Shown piece after piece: positions 30,314-39,986 of a DNA stretch of 64,000 nucleotides. Position 1 is the first letter of the stretch; every line of letters begins with the position of its first letter. Made by a program: the position numbers and the translations under genes. The DNA is taken from NCBI GenBank assembly GCA_964645485.1, contig CAZXZO010000004.1:14740-78739 (forward strand), written 5' to 3'. The notes below the pieces were generated by a model. The model was not told the origin of the DNA. It made no database searches and saw nothing but the letters and a program-made list of their open reading frames with translations. The stretch comes from an uncultured Candidatus Poseidoniales archaeon. Lineage in GTDB: Archaea; Thermoplasmatota; Poseidoniia; Poseidoniales; Thalassarchaeaceae.

Positions 30314-31330
30314 ATGCCGATGGCACGAGAGGTGGAAGAGTCCGACCCCGAGCAAGACGGGGTTCGTGAACGACTTCAAGCGATGGAATCTAAGATGAGA
30401 AAACTCTCTGACCAGAGAAGGACTCACAACGAATCTGCTCGCACAAACGCCGATAAGAGAGATGCTGTTCAGAAGCAATATGGCTCTTTGCGTGAAGAAA
30501 TTAAAGAAATTTTGGACTCTCAAAAAGAGGTGAGAGTTAAAGCGAAAATTCACCAAGCAAGAAGAGATGCAATCCAAGAACAACTTAGAAATTTATTTTC
30601 AAAGTCAAAATCAGCAAAATCAAATAGGGACAAATCAGTTGTTTTGCAACTTTCAGAGAAGAGTGCAGAAGCAGAACAAATTGAATTCCGTTTAGAAAGG
30701 GACGGGACTCTGAAATTGGATGCTGAAAACCGTCTTCACAAGAAATTGAAATCTCTAAAAAATGAAATCAAAGAACTTGAACCTCAAGTTCAGGCTGAGA
30801 TGCGAATTAAAATAGATATTAACGACCTTGAGGGTTCCATCGAGCAACTAAAAGCAGAAGCAGATGAAGAACACAAACAGATGGTTGCGTTTAATGATGA
30901 AGCGGATAAAATCTGGGAAGAAGTAAAACCAAAATTCGATGAACGAGATTTCTTGAAGGCCGAAGGAGACAGACTTCACAATTCATTCGTTCAGTGTCGA
31001 AAGGATGCAGATGCAGTACACCAACAAATTGAGGAATTAATGGCTCAGGTTACGTCTGCTCGTAAAGAATTACAAGGAATTAGAGATGAGAGATCATCAT
31101 GGATTACTCTTCACAACAAATCAGTTGAAGAATCAACTAGCACACCTCAGAAGAATGAGGAATTAGCAGACAATCTTGTCTCAAACCTGATGGGTTCCGG
31201 AGCGCTATCCCTAGGTGGGACCGCTGGCCGGGTGGCAGAAGATAGTAGTCGCTCAAACCACCGGAGAAAGGGACGGAAAACCACATTGGCAAGGCGAGGT
31301 AATCGCGGAAGTAGCAAAAAATCTGAGTAA
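30314..31330 (+). CDS. coiled-coil protein (COG1340-like), paralogue D
   Basis: KRDAVQ, RRDAIQ, hinge GTLKLDAENRL, ADEEH, GDRLH, ADAVH; basic C-terminal tail. Confidence 0.8.
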   Translation: MPMAREVEESDPEQDGVRERLQAMESKMRKLSDQRRTHNESARTNADKRDAVQKQYGSLREEIKEILDSQKEVRVKAKIHQARRDAIQEQLRNLFSKSKSAKSNRDKSVVLQLSEKSAEAEQIEFRLERDGTLKLDAENRLHKKLKSLKNEIKELEPQVQAEMRIKIDINDLEGSIEQLKAEADEEHKQMVAFNDEADKIWEEVKPKFDERDFLKAEGDRLHNSFVQCRKDADAVHQQIEELMAQVTSARKELQGIRDERSSWITLHNKSVEESTSTPQKNEELADNLVSNLMGSGALSLGGTAGRVAEDSSRSNHRRKGRKTTLARRGNRGSSKKSE

Positions 31331-31441
31331 ATTAAATCACGCAGATGATGTGTTGATTAAAATTAATTTACTGTTACATTGATGCACCTTTGTTCAGTTC
31401 GGCATTAGTATAAAATATACGACTTTGACGGGGGCGCTCCG

Positions 31442-31684
31442 ATGAGAATAGGCGATGAAGCACCTCGACGTAGTTACGACCGTCAATGGGATGAAATTGA
31501 GGGCATGCTAGAGATTGCAGAAGAGCGTGGGGTTGAATGGCAAAGTTGGTTTGAGGAATGTCGTGATAATAGTGACAAAGAGGGTATGAAAGAAGCCGCT
31601 CGTAATTATAAGGCCCTTCAAGGGGTTATCAAATGCTTGAAATGGGTGCTTGGTGAAGAGGGTATAGACCACCCACTAGAGTGA
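31442..31684 (+). CDS. small hypothetical helical protein
   Basis: 80 aa, protein-like composition (ARNYKALQGVIKCLKWVLGE). Confidence 0.75.
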   Translation: MRIGDEAPRRSYDRQWDEIEGMLEIAEERGVEWQSWFEECRDNSDKEGMKEAARNYKALQGVIKCLKWVLGEEGIDHPLE

Positions 31685-32293
31685 ATATCCTACTCGCCAT
31701 TATCGCAGCCCTCTTTGAATACGATTGGTCCGAGCGGTTTACTTCTCGGACATTCGTTCAATGGAAGACTTTGTTAACAAAATCGATTTCTAATGTTCTA
31801 ACTTTGTTGATAATCTCAACAAGCGCCGCTAGGGTGTAAGCACTTCGGCATCTTCGAACATTCAGGGCGACCTCTTCTTGGCCGCATGGGCATTCACATC
31901 ACTGAAAACAAATTCAATGGAACAAGTAGGGAATCCGTTTGAAAAATATTATTTCCGTGGAATCTAGTGCCCTTTCCCGGAAAGGCCCTATACGGTGAAT
32001 TTTTTTACACTAATCTGTTGCGCATTCTTTAGTCTGAGCCCCCGTAGGAAATACCCATCCCGCTGCGAGTAATTTAAGTTGGTTTGCCGCTGAAAGAGTA
32101 AAACGCTCAAATTCGCAGAATTTCTTTTTTGATTAATAATAGAGTTGACGAGAGTCAGTTCAACGGAAGCAAATTATGGATTGGTGAGCGGCGAGAAAGC
32201 GACGTAGCAATGTTTTCTACAGATTGAGTAGAGAATAGCAATATTTTTGAGGGCTCAATTAAGTTTATAAATTGCATTGATTTAATTAATCCA

Positions 32294-34117
32294 ATGAGGC
32301 TCTGTATATTCTGCCTGACAATTTTAATCGGTTCTCTTGCTTTTCCACTGTTTGATTCTACATATATTTCAGAGAGTGAAAATAATCAACTCTCAATGAA
32401 TAAAATGCATGGCGTACAGATAAATTCATCTGGAACTGATTCATCTTTTTTCTCATCATTATATCAACCAATTTTGATTGATGGAGGAGGTTTTCCAAAA
32501 TTACTAGGTCAGTCTCATATTTTAGCTGCAGATATTCAACTCTCTAGCAATCAAATCTCAGTTATTTACAAAAACAATCAATATGACTTACTGCTATTTG
32601 AATCAAATCTGTTTAATTTTCCAGTAAACTCAAGTCATTTTTCTGGTTGGGTAATAAACGACCCATATTCAATTGTAACCTTAAGTTATGGTCAATATAC
32701 AGATGACTTCAATTTATACATATCAACTAGCGAAGGTAGGAACATATTCATTGAGGGTTGGAATCAAGAACTGCATGAACTGTTTGAGCTTACGGCTGAC
32801 CATGATGAATTAATTATTTATGATAATGAAGATATTATGGATGCTTCTAACATAGAATTTCAACCTTCTACGCCTAATTTTATTAATCAACGATATTTAA
32901 CTTATGCATCCAACGGAAATCAGGTGGTATTACCTGATACAAGTAAATTATTAAGGATTAAGATGATTCTAGATTCTTCATCATCTAGTAGTTGGTCAAA
33001 AATTAAAACTGCATTAACATTTGCTAACGGGATTTTTGAAGGTGCCGCTGTTACTAAACTTTTTGTTGAACAGAGAGAAGATTTTACCAATTCAGAGGTA
33101 CTTCAATTAGATAGTAATGCTGATTGTGATGGCAACACCTTTAGATTAATTGACGACCTTCCAAACAATCCAAAAGCGGACGATTCAAGTTGGAACGCTT
33201 GGGGTAAAGGTGAGAGATTTGATGTAATTATCTACTACACTGAAGATTCTCATTTTGTATTTAAATCACCCATAATGGGATGTGCAAAGAGACCTGATAA
33301 GGGTATTCCTGCAATAAATAAAGCATTGAATGCTTACATTGATTCAGATAGTTGTTTTTCAAATAAGTGTTGGGCAATTATCCTGAGCCACGAAATTGGA
33401 CATACTCTGACGCTAGAGCATAATGATGGGGATTGTAATTGGTATAGCAAAACGGTGATGTGCACACCATATTCTTTCATTTCATCAACCCTTACTTGGT
33501 CTGCTAATTCTATTATCTACCTCACAAATGTGGATTTGAACAACGCAGCTGGATTAGCTTGGTTACGTCACTCTAGAGAAATTACCCAAGGTAATTTGTT
33601 AGTCGATTCACAATCCATTTCACTTTCATATTTTAATATTGATGTTCTAAACCCTATGATTTTTTCTTGCGATGTTCTTTTTCGGGTAACTTATAACCTT
33701 CAACAACAGCCAAATTTAATGCCAAATAGTGTAGCGGAATTTTTTGTTGGTGTTCGTAGTTCTTATATCAGAGGTTTACCAGGTGAATGGGATATGTGGC
33801 AAGGTTATGATAGGCCTATAAATGGGCATTTCATACCCCCTGGAGGTTATCTTTGGGTGAGCGGCTGGATGAAAGCGAGGGACTTAGTGAATGTGGATCC
33901 GAGTATTTTAATTACCTATGGATGCCAAATTAGCAAGCATAAATCCGACCAACAATTACATATTTTTCAACCCAAAAATGTAAATGACCCCCAATACTCA
34001 CTTGTTCATTCTTGGAGCTTTTGGCCAGTTTACAATTTTGGTTCAACTTATCAACCACCCTATGCTCATTATTCAAATTTCATGGCCGCAGAAATTAATA
34101 TATTTGTCTTAAATTGA
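32294..34117 (+). CDS. secreted metzincin-like zinc metalloprotease
   Basis: N-terminal signal peptide; HEIGHTLTLEH (HExxHxxxxxH) followed by a VMC Met-turn candidate. Confidence 0.65.
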   Translation: MRLCIFCLTILIGSLAFPLFDSTYISESENNQLSMNKMHGVQINSSGTDSSFFSSLYQPILIDGGGFPKLLGQSHILAADIQLSSNQISVIYKNNQYDLLLFESNLFNFPVNSSHFSGWVINDPYSIVTLSYGQYTDDFNLYISTSEGRNIFIEGWNQELHELFELTADHDELIIYDNEDIMDASNIEFQPSTPNFINQRYLTYASNGNQVVLPDTSKLLRIKMILDSSSSSSWSKIKTALTFANGIFEGAAVTKLFVEQREDFTNSEVLQLDSNADCDGNTFRLIDDLPNNPKADDSSWNAWGKGERFDVIIYYTEDSHFVFKSPIMGCAKRPDKGIPAINKALNAYIDSDSCFSNKCWAIILSHEIGHTLTLEHNDGDCNWYSKTVMCTPYSFISSTLTWSANSIIYLTNVDLNNAAGLAWLRHSREITQGNLLVDSQSISLSYFNIDVLNPMIFSCDVLFRVTYNLQQQPNLMPNSVAEFFVGVRSSYIRGLPGEWDMWQGYDRPINGHFIPPGGYLWVSGWMKARDLVNVDPSILITYGCQISKHKSDQQLHIFQPKNVNDPQYSLVHSWSFWPVYNFGSTYQPPYAHYSNFMAAEINIFVLN

Positions 34118-34118
34118 A

Positions 34119-34670
34119 ATGGTGATTATTATCAATAATATATATGTATTCAGTATACTTGCACTGTTACTGTTGTTTTCACCGGGCTGTTTTAGTAATG
34201 ACGAGCAAGAAGATCCAGAAACATTTGTCACACTAGATATTAGTGTTGTGAATCCGATTGGTGAAACCATCTATCTTCTAGTACCGGAACCTAATTATGA
34301 GATTACTGAAAAATTCATCAATGATCATCAAAATATTACTTCGGTTGTTCATAAACAAAAGGATTATCTGAAAATTGAAATAAATGAAAATACCAGTTAT
34401 CGTTCATCTTTTAGTTCAGCCTTTAAAGGCAAATATTATTGGGGTGGTGAATTTCATTCAACTCAACACCCGAATACATTTTACACTATGGATAATGTAT
34501 CTAGTTATTCAGATTCTGACGAAGAAACATCGATCATTTTTCAGATGAGAATTGGAGGGACTGATGGTGACCCTTTGGCCGGTTGCAGGGATGCAATACT
34601 CTCTGCTGAATTGGTGGTTGGTGAATCTAAAATGGTGCCGTATATTATTCCTGAATGTATGTCGGCTTGA
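34119..34670 (+). CDS. putative lipoprotein
   Basis: hydrophobic leader ending FSPGC (archaeal lipobox-like); starts 1 bp after the protease stop. Confidence 0.6.
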   Translation: MVIIINNIYVFSILALLLLFSPGCFSNDEQEDPETFVTLDISVVNPIGETIYLLVPEPNYEITEKFINDHQNITSVVHKQKDYLKIEINENTSYRSSFSSAFKGKYYWGGEFHSTQHPNTFYTMDNVSSYSDSDEETSIIFQMRIGGTDGDPLAGCRDAILSAELVVGESKMVPYIIPECMSA

Positions 34671-35160
34671 AAAAAATATTAGTATTTTTCAATTTCATTT
34701 TTCAAACATTTATACGTAGAATCTCTTACTACGAGTTAACTCATTGATGTTCTGAATATTTAATTTCTCACTTTACCAAAACCATCTACCCGTAGGGCAA
34801 ATCATTAGAGAAAGGTTTTCCTGGCACAATCAAATTTACAACATGAATTAACAGAAGACGGAATACAGACTTAACCACCCAAATACGCCCGAAGGGTCAA
34901 CAATTGAGGTAAGAATTTTCTTGACTTTATCATAATGCGAATAATCTCAATCGATTCAGCAATGGGGCTTCTCACCCATTTCTGAATCTTGCACAGAATA
35001 AATGTCTGAGGCCTAGGGGCCGAAGACTGAGTTGGACTAAAATTCGAAGCGTTCGTTGTCATAAGATTACAATCGGCATGAGGTTTGCTCAGAAGGAGGC
35101 GGTAGCCCCCTTTAGAACCAACATTGATGAGTAGGACACCGGTCGCACGGTTTAGTTCAC

Positions 35161-36144
35161 ATGGCTATTGACATGACAGAGATGCGACACGGCACAGAAC
35201 TGCTGAAGCGAGGATTCGCAAAAATGCAGGAAGGCGGCGTCATAATGGATGTTGTAACACCCGAGCAAGCACAGATTGCAGAAGATGCCGGCGCAACTTC
35301 AGTGATGGCGCTAGAACGTGTGCCATCCGATATACGAGCTGACGGTGGTGTAGCCCGAATGAGTCACCCTGATCTTATCAGAGGAATCATTGAGACAACT
35401 TCTATTCCAGTAATGGCAAAGGCTAGAATCGGGCACAGTGAAGAGGCCAGAGTTTTGGAAGCACTTGGCGTTGATATGGTGGATGAATCAGAGGTGCTGA
35501 CTCCAGCAGACCCATTTTATCACATCCCAAAAAACGATTTCACCATTCCTTTTGTCTGTGGGTGCACCAACCTTGGTGAGGCTGTTAGGCGTATATTCGA
35601 GGGTGCTGCTATGATGCGTACGAAGGGCGAAGCAGGAACTGGAAATGTGGTTTGTGCGATGCAACACGCAAGATTGGTTGCTCAAGAAATTGATTGGCTC
35701 CAAAGATGTGACGAGGAAGATTATTCATTTGCTGTTGAGCAAATTGTTGAAGGTTTCCTCAAAATGGAATATGAAAGTGAGTTGGCGATTGAACTGGCTA
35801 GCACACCGTTTGGCACAGTTGACGAATGCATTGCAGGAGTTGAGGAGATTCTTGAGGATGTCAAGCGAATGGGGCGCCTACCAGTTGTCACTTTTTCTGC
35901 TGGAGGGATTGCAACACCAGCGGATGCGGCATTATTGATGCAGACTGGTATGGATGGGATTTTTGTTGGTTCTGGGATCTTCAAGTCAGAAGACCCAGTG
36001 ACAACTGCGCAAGCGATTGTGCATGCAACTCATCATTTCAATGACCCTGAAAAGATTGCTGAAGCATCTACGATGATGGTTAATCCAATGCCTGGTCTTG
36101 AGATTGAATCTCTAGATGTCAGGATGGATCAGCGCGGCAATTGA
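35161..36144 (+). CDS. pdxS: pyridoxal 5'-phosphate synthase lyase subunit PdxS
   Basis: [61 protein letters not shown]. Confidence 0.98.
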   Translation: MAIDMTEMRHGTELLKRGFAKMQEGGVIMDVVTPEQAQIAEDAGATSVMALERVPSDIRADGGVARMSHPDLIRGIIETTSIPVMAKARIGHSEEARVLEALGVDMVDESEVLTPADPFYHIPKNDFTIPFVCGCTNLGEAVRRIFEGAAMMRTKGEAGTGNVVCAMQHARLVAQEIDWLQRCDEEDYSFAVEQIVEGFLKMEYESELAIELASTPFGTVDECIAGVEEILEDVKRMGRLPVVTFSAGGIATPADAALLMQTGMDGIFVGSGIFKSEDPVTTAQAIVHATHHFNDPEKIAEASTMMVNPMPGLEIESLDVRMDQRGN

Positions 36145-36179
36145 TTGTTTATATTCAAGGAATAGATGACAATATTCCT

Positions 36180-36797
36180 TTATTCTTCGTTTTCGAACTC
36201 ACCCAAATATTCAATTGCGGTTTCAAGGATTGATATGTCGTCTTTGAAACGCCCTAGCCCAGTGTTACAACTATCGCAAATCCATCCTCTCCCTTTCCCT
36301 GTTTGATGGTCATGGTCCATGCGAGGAGGTGCTCTCATATTTTCAACGATGTACAATTTTCTACAAATGGGGCATGTCCAAATTCCGTTTGGTTTAGTTT
36401 TCCTCATTCTCTTCTTTTCAGTTGCAGACATACTAACCCCATCTATTGTTGCTCTACAATCTATGCATGAAGGACGATATGTATGTCTTCCTTTGCTATC
36501 AGTTTGATTTCGGTCAAACTCTGTTCTTCTGTCTTTCAAAATGTAGCAGCGGTCACACACTTTTCTGTCATGACAAGTACAGATTCCATCGCAAGTTGTG
36601 CATGGATGAGTTTTTTTCTTGCCGGTTTCATGAATATCAAATTCTTCTACTTGTTGGGGTTCTACTTGCACAAGGCGAGATTCATTAATGAAGAAAATTT
36701 CTAAGTTTCCATTTGTTAATTTACCTCTGTATTGTCCTACAGAGTTTAGTCTTACATCCAGTACATCAACTGCTCTGAAATATCTCCACTGAGTCAC
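36180..36797 (-). CDS. Hpy99I-like (Endonuclease VII / beta-beta-alpha-Me) type II restriction endonuclease
   Basis: NQTDSKGRHTYRPSCIDCR, CPICRK, DHDHQTG, WICDSCNTGLGRFKD; closely matches my recall of Hpy99I; co-oriented with a methyltransferase. Confidence 0.85.
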   Translation of the reverse strand: MTQWRYFRAVDVLDVRLNSVGQYRGKLTNGNLEIFFINESRLVQVEPQQVEEFDIHETGKKKTHPCTTCDGICTCHDRKVCDRCYILKDRRTEFDRNQTDSKGRHTYRPSCIDCRATIDGVSMSATEKKRMRKTKPNGIWTCPICRKLYIVENMRAPPRMDHDHQTGKGRGWICDSCNTGLGRFKDDISILETAIEYLGEFENEE

Positions 36798-36838
36798 AAA
36801 ACGGTCAGAATTGGCGACCTATTTAACTGCCGGGTAAA

Positions 36839-37675
36839 TTATTCAAACTCGATACCTAATTTGGTTTGAGCCTTCAGCTCCTTTTCAAAATTACCGACAC
36901 GTTCAGTTGCAATCTCAATGTATTCTTCGGATATGTCAGTTCCAATGTAATTACGCCCATGTTTAACAGCCATCTTTGGAGTTGTACCTGAACCACACAT
37001 TGGGTCAAAAACCAAGTCACCTTCGTTAGTCCAAGATAAGATGTGATCTTCCGCTAATTTTTCGGGGAAAACTGCTGGGTGTTGGAAGGCGATTTTATCG
37101 CTTGTGGTGCCGTGCAATCCAACAGCGTAATCCCAAATATTTGTACGTGTTTTTGTGTTATTTAACTTGCCTAACGTCTTTTTGTTTACTCCGTCAGACC
37201 CCTTGTTAAAAGGCATCATTTCCATTCCTTGCCTAACCGTTTGGTCGGTAAGAGGATTGAAGGTATTTGGTTTCCCTTTAGTGAAGACATGCATGTACTC
37301 GTAACAATTTGTATAAGCATTTGAACGCATAAATGGTGTGTTCTTTTTGCGATAAATCATGATATCATGTGCATTAAAGCCCAATTCTTGGAAGTATAGT
37401 GCTTGTCGAAAACTGGTAAGTGAACGATTTCCTTTGTGAATTCTGTCTCCTACAACCCACACAACAACGCCGCCTTCCTTAGTGACTCGGTACAATCCCT
37501 GTGCTATGCCTTCAAAGTCAAATGAATATCCTTTGTAATCTCGAAGATTGTCATAGGGTGGAGAGGTGACTGTAAGGTCAACCGAGTTTTCATCCATCTT
37601 TTCCATGAATTCAACACAGTTGGTGGCAATGAGTCTATTCACTTGCATTCCCAACACCGCATCCTGTCTCATCAT
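36839..37675 (-). CDS. beta-class DNA amino-methyltransferase (probably N4-cytosine)
   Basis: TSPPY (motif IV) precedes HPAVFP and VFDPMCGSGTT (motif I). Confidence 0.93.
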   Translation of the reverse strand: MMRQDAVLGMQVNRLIATNCVEFMEKMDENSVDLTVTSPPYDNLRDYKGYSFDFEGIAQGLYRVTKEGGVVVWVVGDRIHKGNRSLTSFRQALYFQELGFNAHDIMIYRKKNTPFMRSNAYTNCYEYMHVFTKGKPNTFNPLTDQTVRQGMEMMPFNKGSDGVNKKTLGKLNNTKTRTNIWDYAVGLHGTTSDKIAFQHPAVFPEKLAEDHILSWTNEGDLVFDPMCGSGTTPKMAVKHGRNYIGTDISEEYIEIATERVGNFEKELKAQTKLGIEFE

Positions 37676-37738
37676 TTAGTTGAGGGTAGTTAAGCCTTGA
37701 GTGATTTCTTATCCTCTTGACCAACTGTTCACCTCAAA

Positions 37739-38239
37739 TCAAGGCCTTTCGTAAGTAGCGAATGCCATATCAAACGGGTTCTTGTCATCAGCCCTTCTTG
37801 TTTCCCGTGTGATTTCTTCCCAGTCGTCCCAGTTTATGTAAGGGAACCAAGTGTCTCCACCGCCAACTTTTGCCTTCACATGGGTTACTAATAATCTATC
37901 ACAGCGATTGAGCATGGTAGCATAAATTGCACCACCTCCAATAACCCAAGCCCAGCCATCTATTCCAGCATCAATTGCTGAAACTTCTAGAGCATCTGAG
38001 ATGTCGTGTACTATCTCAACACCCTCAACAAACCAGTCCATGTCACGAGTGAGTACCACGTTAAGCCGACCGGGTAACGGCCGCCCAATGGCCTCGTAGG
38101 TTTTTCTCCCCATTATTATCGGGCAACCCATAGTTGAGCGTTTGAAATGTGCTAAATCGGCTGGGAGATTCCAAGGCATAACACCGTCACGCCCGATAAC
38201 CCCATCTTCATCCATTGCCACAATCATTCCTAGCTTCAT
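37739..38239 (-). CDS. folA: dihydrofolate reductase
   Basis: IVAMDEDGVIG, MPWNLPADL, IMGRKTY, RPLPGRLN, IGGG, GDTWFP; GAGGTGA Shine-Dalgarno before ATG 38239. Confidence 0.97.
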   Translation of the reverse strand: MKLGMIVAMDEDGVIGRDGVMPWNLPADLAHFKRSTMGCPIIMGRKTYEAIGRPLPGRLNVVLTRDMDWFVEGVEIVHDISDALEVSAIDAGIDGWAWVIGGGAIYATMLNRCDRLLVTHVKAKVGGGDTWFPYINWDDWEEITRETRRADDKNPFDMAFATYERP

Positions 38240-38249
38240 CTTTTTCACC

Positions 38250-39044
38250 TCATACGCTAATCGGGGCCCTGATATGTGGATGGTGATTGTAATCCACAAT
38301 TTCGATATCATCATAAGAAAAATCATCGATTTCAGTACATTCTGGATTGAGTTTCAACTTAGGTAATTCTAATGGGACCCTTCCAACTTGCTCTCTTGCT
38401 TGCTCAAGATGATTCAAGTAAAGGTGAGCATCGCCAATAGTGTGAATGAAATCTCCTGGTTTCAAGCCACAAACTTGGGCCATCATACAAGTTAGCAAAC
38501 TGTATGACGAGATATTGAATGGCACTCCTAAAAATACGTCTGCACTACGCTGATAAAGTTGGCAGGATAATTCACCATTTGCAACGTAAAATTGGAAGAA
38601 TGCATGGCAGGGCATCAGTGCCATATCATCTAATTCACCTACATTCCAAGCAGACACAATGATTCTTCGTGACCCTGGGTTTTCTCGTAGTTGGGCAACG
38701 GCTTCCTTTATTTGGTCAACAACTCGGCCATCATTTCCTTCCCAAGCACGCCATTGTTTGCCATATACTGGGCCAAGGTCGCCATTCTCATCAGCCCACT
38801 CGTTCCATATTCTGACTTTGTTGTCAGTCAAATAGCGGGTGTTTGTATCACCTGACAAAAACCAGAGTAGTTCGTGAATGATTGACGGCCAGTGAACTCG
38901 CTTGGTGGTGATAGCGGGAAACCCTCTTCTCAAGTCGTATCTTGATTGGTGCCCGAACACAGAAATTGTGCCAGTTCCTGTTCTATCATCACGCTCTACA
39001 CCCTCTTGAAGGATGAGTTTGAGTAGATGCTGATACTGGTCCAT
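38250..39044 (-). CDS. thyA: thymidylate synthase ThyA (bacterial type)
   Basis: [52 protein letters not shown]. Confidence 0.99.
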   Translation of the reverse strand: MDQYQHLLKLILQEGVERDDRTGTGTISVFGHQSRYDLRRGFPAITTKRVHWPSIIHELLWFLSGDTNTRYLTDNKVRIWNEWADENGDLGPVYGKQWRAWEGNDGRVVDQIKEAVAQLRENPGSRRIIVSAWNVGELDDMALMPCHAFFQFYVANGELSCQLYQRSADVFLGVPFNISSYSLLTCMMAQVCGLKPGDFIHTIGDAHLYLNHLEQAREQVGRVPLELPKLKLNPECTEIDDFSYDDIEIVDYNHHPHIRAPISV

Positions 39045-39115
39045 ACTGACGCCGGCATCAAGGGGGGAATTGACGCACTAAGAACAAATCGCATAACTTT
39101 CCCGATACACCGGGT

Positions 39116-39895
39116 TCATGGCGCACCTAGTGCTTGGATAGTTGCAATGCTTTGATTAGTGAATTGCCGGTATAATTTTCTGAGTTCTTGGCGCTGTTTC
39201 TCTTCTGACATTGCTTCAATTTTTGCAATTTTTTCATCATCCAAATTTGCGCCATCGGGATGGCCAGCCCATTCATTCCAAGTTATTGGGCTGGCAAATT
39301 TTAATTCAGTTCGTTTCCAGGTACGTGGTAGAAATGGTTCACCCGGTGCTAGGATTTCTCTTGCACCGTTTATTCCGCAAAATACGATTGGAGTATTAGG
39401 AAAAGCCGCGGCGATTCTAGCGATCCCTGTTTTTCCTCGGCTGAGATATGGTGGAGATGTGTTTCTAGAGCGAGTTCCTTCGGGAAAAATTCCGAGTGGT
39501 AACCCTGCCGCTATCACATCTGCTGCCCGAGCGATTGCATCATCACCACCCTTCTGCCTATCTGTTTCAACTTGACCAGTTGCTAGCATCAATTGCTTCC
39601 AACCTAGTCTGTTAAAGTGTTCATTTTTGGCTAAAAAAAACAATTTTCTTCTCGAACTAAAAATTGTTAGAACCGGGTCAAGGTGTGAAAGGTGATTAGC
39701 AGCAAGTATCATTGGACCTTTTCTTGGTATATGTTCCATCCCTGAAATCTTTAATCTCGTAATCATATTAATGAATGGAATAGCGAAATTTAGCAAGCCA
39801 CTGTAAAGAGGTGTTGGTGGCAAAGGGCGATTGGCTGGTTCTACTTCAGTGAGTTTACCTAAGCGAGCGCGTCCCTCACTGGTTAAATCACCCAT
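39116..39895 (-). CDS. plsC: lysophospholipid / 1-acyl-sn-glycerol-3-phosphate acyltransferase family protein
   Basis: NHLSHLD (HX4D), FLAK, FPEGTRS, GKTG; ATG 39895 preferred start (39925 possible). Confidence 0.85.
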   Translation of the reverse strand: MGDLTSEGRARLGKLTEVEPANRPLPPTPLYSGLLNFAIPFINMITRLKISGMEHIPRKGPMILAANHLSHLDPVLTIFSSRRKLFFLAKNEHFNRLGWKQLMLATGQVETDRQKGGDDAIARAADVIAAGLPLGIFPEGTRSRNTSPPYLSRGKTGIARIAAAFPNTPIVFCGINGAREILAPGEPFLPRTWKRTELKFASPITWNEWAGHPDGANLDDEKIAKIEAMSEEKQRQELRKLYRQFTNQSIATIQALGAP

Positions 39896-39986
39896 ATTCA
39901 ACTCGGCTAGGTTAGAGGTTTTCATGGTTATCGGGACAACAGGCCTGACCGCGCTGTTCTTGAAAGGGTGGCTCGTGGGCCGGCAT

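Larger units (their letters stand above)
31685..35060. mobile_element. AT-rich genomic islet (boundaries approximate)
   Basis: G+C drop (17/60 in line 32341-32400 vs 29/60 in rpoB line 12001-12060), two orphan genes, ~600 and ~490 bp gene-free flanks; no integrase or att repeats seen. Confidence 0.55.

Noticed and set aside
31750-31900. Minus-strand Cys-containing frame (CECPCGQEE...)
   Set aside because: Bounded by an in-frame TGA with no start codon and no recognisable family.
35690-35860. About 30-aa acidic insertion in PdxS
   Set aside because: From recall, ~330-aa PdxS with this insertion is common in Euryarchaeota.
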